The notes beneath the pieces were generated by a model that saw only the letters and a program-made list of their open reading frames with translations, was not told the DNA's origin and searched no databases. This document shows positions 36,325 to 45,169 of a stretch of 64,000 nt of DNA, piece by piece; position 1 is the first letter of the stretch, and every line of letters begins with the position of its first letter. Origin of the DNA: Candidatus Acidiferrales bacterium (GTDB lineage: Bacteria; Acidobacteriota; Terriglobia; Acidiferrales; UBA7541); the NCBI GenBank assembly GCA_049797655.1, contig JBARFX010000074.1, forward strand, positions 42,696 through 106,695, written 5' to 3'. The position numbers and the translations under genes were made by a program.

Positions 36325-36777
36325 ATGAAAGAAGATTCCGTGGAGCAAATCAAACCAGCGGAAGGAACCGAGCTATCCGCGAGGAAGTGGATTCGATGCG
36401 ACACGCAGCACTGCGGAAACCCCGCGGTCGGCCTGCTCGCGCTTCGTTTTTACTGTACCGGGCACTTCATAACGCACTGCTACGAGAAGTTGGATCGATG
36501 CAACTCCAATCCGCTAAGCGACGCAGACGTCGTTACCTCCGTCGCAGTCGATCGCTTTCTTCAACAGTGCATGGCACAGGCGGGAGAGCTCGTCCGTCCC
36601 ACTCACGGCTTTGACAACCTCGACCGCGCACGGCTCTTCGACATTTTCCTCTGGGCGTCGGATCTAGTCGCTAAGAGAAGCGTGTTCAGAATTGACAATG
36701 CGCTCGTACCGGAAAACAGTTTTGATTCCACCAGTGGGGATGCCACAAATCAGTTCAAGAAGGCCGCTGGCGAATAG
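36325..36777 (+). CDS. Hypothetical Cys/His-rich protein
   Basis: ATG preceded by GAGGAAACGAGGG. N-terminal CDTQHCGNP...FYCTGHFITHCYEKLDRC. An alternative coupled start exists at 36238 (TGATG overlap with the upstream gene). Confidence 0.4.
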   Translation: MKEDSVEQIKPAEGTELSARKWIRCDTQHCGNPAVGLLALRFYCTGHFITHCYEKLDRCNSNPLSDADVVTSVAVDRFLQQCMAQAGELVRPTHGFDNLDRARLFDIFLWASDLVAKRSVFRIDNALVPENSFDSTSGDATNQFKKAAGE

Positions 36778-36783
36778 TCTGAT

Positions 36784-37701
36784 CTACAGCGTCTTCACTT
36801 GCTTCACGGCCCGGTCAAGCGATTGGCGGCTTTGGAAAAAATCTCTCCACGGGTCTGTTTGCTTGGCACGTTGCGCGAAGTTCCCGATATTGAATTTCGA
36901 AGGAACAATCCCGGGCTTCACCTCCGCCCAGGAAAGCGGGGTCGACACGGGAGCTTTCGGTTTCCGCCGCACCGAGTAAGGCATCACGACCGTCTGCCCA
37001 AATCCGTTCCGGAATGGATCGAGATAGACGCGCCCCTTCCGCGCCGCGATCGAATGCTCCACAGTCAGCTCATTTGAGTGTGCTGCCGCCACCCGGCCAA
37101 CGACTGCCTGCGCGAACGACAGCACGTCGCTCGCATCCGGTCCCACGCGAATCGGCACGAACACATGCATTCCGCGGCTGCCCGATGTTTTCGGAAACGA
37201 CACAAGCTTCAGGGCATCAAGCCCTTCCTTTATGTGAAGCGCCGCTCTCGCAGCATCGGCAAATTCCCCGGATTCAGGATCGAGGTCGAAGCACACCCAG
37301 TCGGGCTGTCGCGGAGAACTCGCGCGCCCGCCCATCGCGTGAACGGCAATGCATCCGAGATTCACAAGGGCAATTTGCGTCTCAAGGGTTCCTCCAACCA
37401 CATAGTTCGTGAACCGCCGCCGTCCTCCCTCGTTCTCAATTCGCTTTGAAGGCGTCCCGGCCGGCATGCCCTTCGGCATTTCCTTCTGATAAAAACATTC
37501 CCCGGCCAGTCCATCCGGGCACCGTTCCATAGTTAACAGGCGATCCCTCACGTACGGCGCAAGCTTGGGGAATATCGCTTGATAAAACTCCGCCAGATCG
37601 ATTTTAGTGTAGCCCTCGTCAGCCCAGAAAATTTTGTCGGGGTTCGAAATGTTCACCGGCAATCTCGCCGTGCCCTTCGCTTCCTTCTTCGTCTTCTTCA
37701 T
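36784..37701 (-). CDS. ligD: NHEJ polymerase/primase (LigD Pol domain) as a separate ORF
   Basis: ISNPDKIFW..., DLDP, KTSGSRGMHVFVPI, and YSVRRKP..VSTPLSWAE are LigD-Pol/AEP primase motifs. ATGA overlap with the ligase stop. Confidence 0.9.
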   Translation of the reverse strand: MKKTKKEAKGTARLPVNISNPDKIFWADEGYTKIDLAEFYQAIFPKLAPYVRDRLLTMERCPDGLAGECFYQKEMPKGMPAGTPSKRIENEGGRRRFTNYVVGGTLETQIALVNLGCIAVHAMGGRASSPRQPDWVCFDLDPESGEFADAARAALHIKEGLDALKLVSFPKTSGSRGMHVFVPIRVGPDASDVLSFAQAVVGRVAAAHSNELTVEHSIAARKGRVYLDPFRNGFGQTVVMPYSVRRKPKAPVSTPLSWAEVKPGIVPSKFNIGNFAQRAKQTDPWRDFFQSRQSLDRAVKQVKTL

Positions 37702-38621
37702 TTTTGCGGCTCCGGCAGCACAACTTCCTTTGGCTTCTTGTCGTCGCGCAAACCGAGAAAAACAGGCTGGCGCAATTTCATATCCGCCGTCCATTCTTGA
37801 AACGAAATCTGCGCCACAAATTTCGGAGCAAGGAACATTGCGCCCTTCTCCCTTGGTGGATCCACAAACGCCGGGCGGTCGCTTACGAAAGGCCGAAACT
37901 TCTTGTACAAGGAACTCAGCGAGGTCTCGTCGAATCCGGTGCCCACCTTTCCGACGAAGTGCAATTTCCCGTCCTGATACGCTCCCAGCAACAGCGCACC
38001 AAAATGTTTTCGCGCTCCTGCTGGTTTCGTAAATCCGCCGATCACAAACTCATCCTCCTGGTGCGCTTTCACCTTCAGCCAATCTCTCGATCGTCCCTCC
38101 GCATAGCGAGCAGAAAGATCCTTTGCTACCAGTCCCTCAAATCCCCGCCGCTTCGCCTCCCGGAACGCTTCCAATCCGTTCTTCGCAAGCCGTCGCGAGG
38201 GGATCAGAATGCCGCCGGCTCCAAGCGATTTCTCCATCGCCTCGCGCCGCACCGAAAGCCCCTCTCGCCGCAGATCCTTCCCGTCGCGATACAGGCAATC
38301 GAAAACGGCATACGCAGCCTCGCCTTTCCCTTGTTGCAACAACTGAAACCGGGAAACTTTCTTGCGATCGAACACCACAACCTCGCCATCCAGCAGCAGC
38401 GTCGCGGGCTTCAGCGCGCGCACCGCATCCGCGATCCGTGGAAATCCGCTCGTCCGGTCGATTTTGTTCCTCGAGATCAATCGAACGCGGCTCCCTTCCT
38501 TGTACGCGAGCATCCGAATCCCGTCGTACTTCTCCTCGTAGGCCCATCCGGGCTTGTCGAACGGCTCGCGAACAAGAGTCGCCAGCATCGGTTGAACGCG
38601 AAATGGAATTCGATCGCTCAC
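37698..38621 (-). CDS. ligD: ATP-dependent DNA ligase (LigD ligase domain) as a separate ORF
   Basis: VQPMLATLV, adenylation motif I EEKYDGIR, LLLDGEVVVFD, and EGLVAKD. Confidence 0.9.
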   Translation of the reverse strand: MSDRIPFRVQPMLATLVREPFDKPGWAYEEKYDGIRMLAYKEGSRVRLISRNKIDRTSGFPRIADAVRALKPATLLLDGEVVVFDRKKVSRFQLLQQGKGEAAYAVFDCLYRDGKDLRREGLSVRREAMEKSLGAGGILIPSRRLAKNGLEAFREAKRRGFEGLVAKDLSARYAEGRSRDWLKVKAHQEDEFVIGGFTKPAGARKHFGALLLGAYQDGKLHFVGKVGTGFDETSLSSLYKKFRPFVSDRPAFVDPPREKGAMFLAPKFVAQISFQEWTADMKLRQPVFLGLRDDKKPKEVVLPEPQK

Positions 38622-38662
38622 GTGGCGTGCTTGCTCCTCGACCGCAGTACGAACAAACGAAC

Positions 38663-39352
38663 TTAAGCTCGCCGCTTACGGGGACGCGCCGCGGCTGCCG
38701 GCTTTGTTCTTTTTGAAGTTGTCTTGGACAGTGCCTTGCCTGTGGGGTCGCCCGTTGCGGCCACTTCCACGTCGCCTCCACCGTCTCGCGCAATATCTGC
38801 GAGAAGACGGTTACTCAGCGCCGACCTCGGTTCTGTTATCGTCAGGTTTTTCGACGATGCGAACTTGTCGCGGTGTTTTATCAATAGCCACGAAGGTTTA
38901 CTGCTTCCCCCGAAGCCTCGCGTCCGCACTAGCACCCACGATCCTTTCAACTTCCTGCCGTGGAGCGTGAACTTCAAATCGCCCTTCTCGAGCGCCACAC
39001 TCGGGTCCGGCTGCTCCGGCTCCCAAGTTCCTGTGTCCCACACCATCACCGTTCCCCCGCCGTACTCGCCCTCCGGTATCACGCCCTCAAAACTCGCGTA
39101 TTCAATCGGATGATCTTCCACCTGCATCGCCAGTCGTTTGACCGCCGGATCGGTCGACGGGCCCTTCGGCACGGCCCAGGAGAGCAGTGTTCCCTTCCAC
39201 TCCAATCGAAAATCGTAGTGCAAACGCGAGGCGCGGTGCTTCTGTACGACGAAAATCAGCGACGGATCCTTTCGATTGTTCGCTTCGCCCTTACCCGCCG
39301 GCTCCGGTGTCACTCCAAACCGCCGTTTCTTCCGATATTCTTTTAAAGTCAT
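38663..39352 (-). CDS. ligD: LigD 3'-phosphoesterase (PE) domain protein with a basic C-terminal tail
   Basis: LKEYRKKRRFGVTPEP, FVVQKHRASRLHYDFRLE, LLSWAVPKGPS, and EDHPIEY. The tail is ...KRTKPAAAARPRKRRA. Confidence 0.9.
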   Translation of the reverse strand: MTLKEYRKKRRFGVTPEPAGKGEANNRKDPSLIFVVQKHRASRLHYDFRLEWKGTLLSWAVPKGPSTDPAVKRLAMQVEDHPIEYASFEGVIPEGEYGGGTVMVWDTGTWEPEQPDPSVALEKGDLKFTLHGRKLKGSWVLVRTRGFGGSSKPSWLLIKHRDKFASSKNLTITEPRSALSNRLLADIARDGGGDVEVAATGDPTGKALSKTTSKRTKPAAAARPRKRRA

Positions 39353-39476
39353 GCTCGCTCATTTCTTGAAAATAGTTATCCAATAATTCTTCGCACCGTT
39401 CGCTGAATCAAGTCAACGGCATTCTTCACCTACATGTAACGTCGAACTCGCGTACAGGATTTCCGGTATCGATCTC

Positions 39477-40841
39477 CTAGTCCGCAGGGCTTCGCTGCAT
39501 CATCCCGTCTTTCATCCACTGAAATACCGGCACGCCCGCTAGCACCACCGCGCTCCCGAGCAGCGCCTGGCGGGGACTATGTAACGCAAGCAGCACAAGC
39601 ATCACCACGCTTAGCAGCAAGAACGCGAGCGGCGTCACCGGATACCCCGGCGTCGCCATCGCGCCCTCAAGCGGTTGTTGCCGCCGGCGCAGGACGAACA
39701 ACCCCGCCACCGCCAACCCGATGAACGCCACCGCGACAAAAATAAAATACGACACGATCTCCTCAAAACTCCCCAGCGCCACGAGCACCGATGCCAGAAT
39801 CCCCTGGACAGCAACCGCTCGAGCCGGCGTTCCAAAACGCGGATGCGTCTTCGCGACTGCGGGAATAAAAAGACCGTCCTTCGCCATCGCGTAGTAAACC
39901 CGCGGCGACGACATAATCACTGCCGCGAGGCTGCCCAACACGCACGTCACCACAATCGCCGAAAATACGATCCCGCCGGCGGGCCCAAACAGCACGGCCC
40001 CAGCTTTCGCGACGAAAGCTTCGTCCGACGTCACTTTCTCGAACGGAATCAAATACCAGAATACCCCGCTCACCAGCACGTAAATCACCGTCACCGATAC
40101 AACCCCCAGCGCCAGCGCTCGCGGTAGCGTCTTCGCGGGATCGCGGACCTCTCCTGCGATCTTGGTCGCGTCCCACCACCCCCCAAACGAAAAAAATGCA
40201 GATACAATCGCAATGCCCAACGCGGGCGCCAACGGCAAAGCCCCCTGCCGCTGCGCTACGAATGGCACAAAATTCGACCACGTTCCCAGCCGGCGTGCGA
40301 TCGCCCAGATCACCAGCGTACCAAGCACCGCGAATTTCAACCACGTCACCCAGCGCAGAAATCCGGCGCTGATCTTCGTGCTAACCATGTTCAAGATGCA
40401 CAGCCCCCAAATCGCTGCCACCGCCCCAACCTTTATCCCCAGCCGCGACCAGTGAAAGATATACGCTGCATATCCAGCTAACCCTGTCGCGAATGCTGCC
40501 GTCAGGCCCGGCTCCATCACAAGCAAACTCATCCACCCGAACAGAAATGCTATCCTCGCTCCGAAGCACTCCCAAAGAAATACGTAAGTGCCCCCGGCTC
40601 TCGGAAACCGCCCCGCCAGTTCTCCGTAGCACAACGCCCCGCTCAGCGTCATTGCGCCCACTACAACCCACACGATCAGCAACCACATCGGCGACCCGAC
40701 CGCCTTTGCCATCCCCGCGGGCGTAAGAAATATTCCCACAGCGATCACTTCGCCGGCGACAGCCGCAGTCGCCGAGCCGAACCCCAGCTCGCGCTTCAAC
40801 CCGTGCATAGCTCTTTGCGCCTTGAGTTTGTCGGTCGTCAT
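39477..40841 (-). CDS. APC-superfamily amino-acid permease
   Basis: 454 aa with about 12 hydrophobic segments. GSATAAVAGEVIAVGIFLTP and CYGELAGRFPRAGGTYVF are typical AA-permease motifs. Confidence 0.85.
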   Translation of the reverse strand: MTTDKLKAQRAMHGLKRELGFGSATAAVAGEVIAVGIFLTPAGMAKAVGSPMWLLIVWVVVGAMTLSGALCYGELAGRFPRAGGTYVFLWECFGARIAFLFGWMSLLVMEPGLTAAFATGLAGYAAYIFHWSRLGIKVGAVAAIWGLCILNMVSTKISAGFLRWVTWLKFAVLGTLVIWAIARRLGTWSNFVPFVAQRQGALPLAPALGIAIVSAFFSFGGWWDATKIAGEVRDPAKTLPRALALGVVSVTVIYVLVSGVFWYLIPFEKVTSDEAFVAKAGAVLFGPAGGIVFSAIVVTCVLGSLAAVIMSSPRVYYAMAKDGLFIPAVAKTHPRFGTPARAVAVQGILASVLVALGSFEEIVSYFIFVAVAFIGLAVAGLFVLRRRQQPLEGAMATPGYPVTPLAFLLLSVVMLVLLALHSPRQALLGSAVVLAGVPVFQWMKDGMMQRSPAD

Positions 40842-41118
40842 GTCTTGGGAAAAACTCCTCCGGAATCCGGCGGCATAGTATCACCAGGCCCATTGCAAGC
40901 CGCGGTATCATTGTGAAACCACACCCCATGCGGGACCGTCTGTTGAGTAGAAGGGTTTCCCGGTGAAAGTACACGGAGAATTCAGTAAGCAACTGGTGGC
41001 AATTTCCGATGCGAGCTGAAAGGCTAACACGATAGGATTGGAAAAATCCCACGTGCGCGTTCGAAGGATTTCAGAAATAGAACGAACCTATCCGGTTTGA
41101 CAGAGACCTCGAAACCTA

Positions 41119-41745
41119 ATGTTCGCTCACCGTGCCGTCGAACTCGCCAAGCCCGTACATCAGTTCTTTCACTGGGTCCACCACCTGGGCGGCCCGGGCT
41201 TGATCCTTCTCGGCTTGATCGACAGCTCCGTAATCCCAGTCCCCGGCAGCATGGACGCCCTCACTATCATCCTGGCCGCAAAGCAACGCACTCTCTGGCC
41301 CTACTTCGCGGTGATGGCAACGATCGGCTCCGTGATCGGAGGTTATGTCACGTATCATTTCGCGCGGCGACAGGGCAAGAGTTCCATGGAGCACAGGATT
41401 TCCCGCCGCCAAATGAACAAAGTAACGAAAGCTTTCGAGAAGTGGGGATTCGGCGCCGTTGTGATTCCCGCGATCCTGCCGCCTCCCTCCCCCATGGTCC
41501 CATTCCTGATCGCTGCAGGCGCCCTGCAGTATTCCCGCAACAGATTTCTCGTCGCGCTATCGATCGGCCGCGCCATCCGCTTCACCATCCTCGCCTACCT
41601 CGGGGCATTCTACGGTCGCCAGATTCTCACCCTCATCACCAGCCACGCAAAACCGATCCTCATCACTTTCATCGTCGCCTCGATAGCCATCAGCGTCTTC
41701 ATCCTTTTCCGCTACAAGAAAAGTAAATCACACCAACGCGCATAA
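41119..41745 (+). CDS. DedA/YqaA-family (VTT/SNARE-associated domain) membrane protein
   Basis: GGPGLILLGLIDSSVIPVPGSMDAL..., and the ...VIPAILPPPSPMVPFLIAAGAL re-entrant loop motif. Confidence 0.7.
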   Translation: MFAHRAVELAKPVHQFFHWVHHLGGPGLILLGLIDSSVIPVPGSMDALTIILAAKQRTLWPYFAVMATIGSVIGGYVTYHFARRQGKSSMEHRISRRQMNKVTKAFEKWGFGAVVIPAILPPPSPMVPFLIAAGALQYSRNRFLVALSIGRAIRFTILAYLGAFYGRQILTLITSHAKPILITFIVASIAISVFILFRYKKSKSHQRA

Positions 41746-41922
41746 AATTGTCTCCTCTTCCGAATTTTTCCCGTATGGTCAGACCACGCCATGGCCAACC
41801 AAGATGCGGATCAGCCGTAATCATTCTTACTGCCATTTATCTGTCACGTTTTAGGGATACCCGGGAGAACCATTGAGGAATGCACCGAGACAACTTCCTA
41901 GCCTGTAAAAAAGAAAACCCGC

Positions 41923-42882
41923 CTATAACCCCTTCCACGCCACAAACGCCGCCCCTATCAGCGGGCACTCCTCATTCAGCACCACCACCACAGGAATCGG
42001 CGCTAAAAAGTCTCCCATCTTTTCCTTGTCTCTCACCGCGGCAATAAATCGCCCGTTCGTCATCTTCGGCAGAATCTTCACCGCAATCCCGCCCGTGACA
42101 AAAATTCCGCCCCGAGCCAGCGAGCGCACCGCCAAATTCCCCGCCTCTGACCCGTATATATCTACCCACAAATCGAGCGTCGCCGCACACACGGGGCATT
42201 CCCCAGAAAGCCCGCGCTGCGTAATTCCAGGGGCCGGATCGACTCCGTGCTCGTCGAAATCGTGCCGGATGGAGATATTCAAAAATTCGTGCACTCGCTT
42301 GAATCCGCCCCCCGACAAAATTATCTCGTTGCTCACGTACTCTTCTCGGTCCTTCAAAAATTTCCATAGGTCTGCTTGCTGCTCTGTGTGTGGAGCAAAA
42401 TCCGCATGACCTCCCTCTGTCGCCATCGGTAAATGCCGCGTACCGTCCCAGAAGAGAATCGCCTCCCCCAATCCCGTTCCCGCCGCAATCACTACGCGAT
42501 TCGATTCGGGAACCGGCACCCCCTCATGAATCATTTCCAGATCCGCCGGCTCCATTGCGGTGGTCCCGAACGCCGCCGCTTCCAAATCGTTCAGCAGTCG
42601 CACGCGGCTTATTCCCAGATGTTGCGCCACTGCCGCTCCATCCACAATCCACGGAAAATTCGTCGCGTGCACACGGTTTTGTACCACCGGACCCGCAATC
42701 CCGAACGAAGCAGCGGTCACTTTCCCGCCCATCTCGCCGAGAAAATCAGTCACAACCGCTTCCAGCCCGCCGAATTCCGCGGTCGCATATCGTTTGTGCG
42801 CGATCCGTGCGAGCTTTCCCGCCTTCACGTCGAACAACCCGAGATTCGCTTTCGTTCCGCCCAGGTCGCCCGCAAGAATCAT
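41923..42882 (-). CDS. glk: Glucokinase
   Basis: MILAGDLGGTKANLGLF, RLLNDLEAAA, and IAAGTGLGEA. It lies downstream of zwf on the same strand. Confidence 0.85.
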   Translation of the reverse strand: MILAGDLGGTKANLGLFDVKAGKLARIAHKRYATAEFGGLEAVVTDFLGEMGGKVTAASFGIAGPVVQNRVHATNFPWIVDGAAVAQHLGISRVRLLNDLEAAAFGTTAMEPADLEMIHEGVPVPESNRVVIAAGTGLGEAILFWDGTRHLPMATEGGHADFAPHTEQQADLWKFLKDREEYVSNEIILSGGGFKRVHEFLNISIRHDFDEHGVDPAPGITQRGLSGECPVCAATLDLWVDIYGSEAGNLAVRSLARGGIFVTGGIAVKILPKMTNGRFIAAVRDKEKMGDFLAPIPVVVVLNEECPLIGAAFVAWKGL

Positions 42883-42939
42883 AGAAATTCCTCCACGCCA
42901 ATTGCCAGTATTCGGCGCCTTCGAGTTCGGATCGCTGCT

Positions 42940-44478
42940 TCAGATCGGGCGCCAGTGCCGTCCATCGGTGACCGTCAAATCGTCCGCAGCCTTCGGCCCC
43001 TGGCTGCCCGCCGGATAATTGGGGAACGGCGGCGGAGAAGCGTCTCGCCACGCATCGAGGATCGGGTCCACCAGCGCCCATGCAGCCTCGACGCTGTCTG
43101 CGCGGTCGAACAGCGTCGCATCGCCGCGTATGCAATCATTGATCAACGTGGCGTACGCGTCGCGCGATCCCCCGCCAAACGCCTGCTTGTACCTGAAATC
43201 CATCGTCACCGGACGTATCTGCATGTGCCCGCCCGGCGCCTTCGCTCCGAATGAAAGTGAAATTCCCTCGTCCGGCTGAATGTTCAACACCAACGAATTC
43301 GATTCCACACTTTCGCCTTGAAAAACCATATGCGGCGCTTTCTTGAATTCAATCGCCACTTCCGTTCCGGGCCGCGCCAACCGCTTTCCCGTCCGCAAAT
43401 AAAACGGCACGCCGCTCCATCGCCAATTATCAACATGCAGCTTCAGCGCAACAAAAGTCTCCGTTGCCGAATCTGGTTTCACCCCTGGCTCCTGCCGGTA
43501 CCCCGGCACCGCTTTCCCTCCGACGGTCCCCGGCCCATACTGGCCGCGCACAACCGACTTCCAAATCGACTCAGCGGTAAACGGCCGAATCGACTGCAGC
43601 ACTTTAATCTTTTCGTTTCGCACGGCCGTCGCGTCGAATGTCGCTGGCGCTTCCATCGCCACCAGTGACGTTAACTGCAATACGTGACTCTGAATCATGT
43701 CCCGCAATGCGCCCGTGTTCTCGTAAAATCCCCCGCGCCGCTCCACTCCCAGCGATTCCCCCGCCGTAATCTGCACGTGGTCAACGTAGTTCCGGTTCCA
43801 CAGCGGCTCAAAAATTCCGTTGCCGAATCGGAACACCAACATGTTTTGCACCGTCTCTTTGCCGAGGTAGTGATCGATCCGGTACACCTGCGACTCGCTG
43901 AAAACGTTCAGCACTTTCGCATTCAAATCGCATGCTGACGCTTTGTCGTGCCCGAACGGCTTCTCAATAATTACGCGAGTCCATGACCTTTCGCTTTTCG
44001 GTTTCGCCAGTCCCGCCGCGCCGATCTGCTCTACAATTTTCAGATAAACATCCGGAGGCGTAGCGAGATAAAAAAGCCGGTTGCCATTCAGATTCCCCTC
44101 GCGATCCACTTCATCCAATCGCTGCGCCAGCCGCTGGAATGCTCCCGGGTCGTCATAATCGCCGCTGAAATAGTGCAAATGCTTCAAAAAATCGTCGAGC
44201 TTGCCTTCTCCTCCCGCATCCGCTCCCTTCGGCAGGAATTCGCCCGCGCGTTTCCGAAAGTCGCCGTCGCTCATTTCCGTCCGCGCATACCCCAGCAAAC
44301 GAAACCGCGGCGCCAAACACGCATGCACCGCCAGGTCGTAGAGTGCCGGCAGAAGTTTCCGTCGCGCCAAATCGCCCGAGGCGCCAAACATCACGATCGT
44401 GCAAGGATCGTTCGGAACTTCGCAGTAATACGAATCCGCCTGGGGCGCTTCAGCCATATCCGTCGCGCGGGTATTCAT
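42940..44478 (-). CDS. zwf: Glucose-6-phosphate 1-dehydrogenase
   Basis: FGASGDLARRKLLPAL NADP motif, the RIDHYLGKE signature, and EKPFG. Confidence 0.95.
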   Translation of the reverse strand: MNTRATDMAEAPQADSYYCEVPNDPCTIVMFGASGDLARRKLLPALYDLAVHACLAPRFRLLGYARTEMSDGDFRKRAGEFLPKGADAGGEGKLDDFLKHLHYFSGDYDDPGAFQRLAQRLDEVDREGNLNGNRLFYLATPPDVYLKIVEQIGAAGLAKPKSERSWTRVIIEKPFGHDKASACDLNAKVLNVFSESQVYRIDHYLGKETVQNMLVFRFGNGIFEPLWNRNYVDHVQITAGESLGVERRGGFYENTGALRDMIQSHVLQLTSLVAMEAPATFDATAVRNEKIKVLQSIRPFTAESIWKSVVRGQYGPGTVGGKAVPGYRQEPGVKPDSATETFVALKLHVDNWRWSGVPFYLRTGKRLARPGTEVAIEFKKAPHMVFQGESVESNSLVLNIQPDEGISLSFGAKAPGGHMQIRPVTMDFRYKQAFGGGSRDAYATLINDCIRGDATLFDRADSVEAAWALVDPILDAWRDASPPPFPNYPAGSQGPKAADDLTVTDGRHWRPI

Positions 44479-44680
44479 CAGTGGTCTCCGGAAGCCTCGA
44501 TAGCGTGGACCTGCGAGTCTATCTTTCTCTCAAAATCACGCCCCTACCGCAAGAGGCAATCACAGCTGTATCGGATGATTTCAATACCCCGGTAGTCTCA
44601 TTCCGGCGCTGGCTGGAAATTCAACTGTTATTCAAGTATCTTGGAACTGCAGCATTCCAATACGCTTTCAGGAGGCCCAA

Positions 44681-45022
44681 ATGGCCGACGACAAATGTGC
44701 GGACAACACACCGGCAGCGCCGTCTCCGCAACCCGCCGGCCAAACCCTCCGCATGGTCAAATGTGTGAAGTATGGGCGCGAACTACCCGGCCTCGATCGC
44801 ATTCCCTGGAAGGGTGAAATCGGCAAACGTGTCTACGAAAACGTTTCCAAAGACGCGTGGAAGCTCTGGCTCGAGCACTCCAAAATGATCATGAACGAAT
44901 ACCGCCTAAACCCTCTCGACCCGAACTCTCAAAAAATCATGGAAGAGCAACTCGAACAATTCTTTTTCGGCGAAGGCGCCAAGCTTCCTGAAGGATACGT
45001 CCCCCAGAAATCCAAAGGCTAA
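44681..45022 (+). CDS. YggX-like Fe(2+)-trafficking / oxidative-damage-protection protein with a short N-terminal extension
   Basis: AGGAGG 6 nt upstream of ATG 44681. The core [54 protein letters not shown] aligns by eye with YggX. Confidence 0.7.
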   Translation: MADDKCADNTPAAPSPQPAGQTLRMVKCVKYGRELPGLDRIPWKGEIGKRVYENVSKDAWKLWLEHSKMIMNEYRLNPLDPNSQKIMEEQLEQFFFGEGAKLPEGYVPQKSKG

Positions 45023-45044
45023 ATTCCAGGAAGCCTTTTGTACC

Positions 45045-45061
45045 GCCGGCTTCGAGCCGGC
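45045..45061 (+). terminator. Short hairpin downstream of the YggX-like gene (weak terminator candidate)
   Basis: GCCGGCT TCG AGCCGGC gives a 7-bp stem. No clear T-tract. Confidence 0.3.
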
Positions 45062-45169
45062 TCCTCGTGTCCGGTGGACTCCACCAGAATCTTGAAATCG
45101 GACTAGGCGGCTCCTTTGAATTCGAGACAAACTGGGCCCTTGGCGGCGCCATCACCGCTGTCGCCGCTT

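Noticed and set aside
37704-38666. 320-aa plus-strand ORF, together with 38123..38716 and 38137..38793
   Set aside because: They are antisense to, or out of frame with, the DNA ligase gene, which has clear adenylation motifs. The sequences are Arg/Pro-rich.
40381-41052. 223-aa minus-strand ORF overlapping the 5' end of the permease gene
   Set aside because: It is out of frame with a well-supported transporter gene, and its translation is Arg/Gly-rich with no motifs.
44620-44660. Sigma-54-like TGGAAC...GCA element upstream of the YggX-like gene
   Set aside because: The GG-to-GC spacing does not match the TGGCAC-N5-TTGC consensus.
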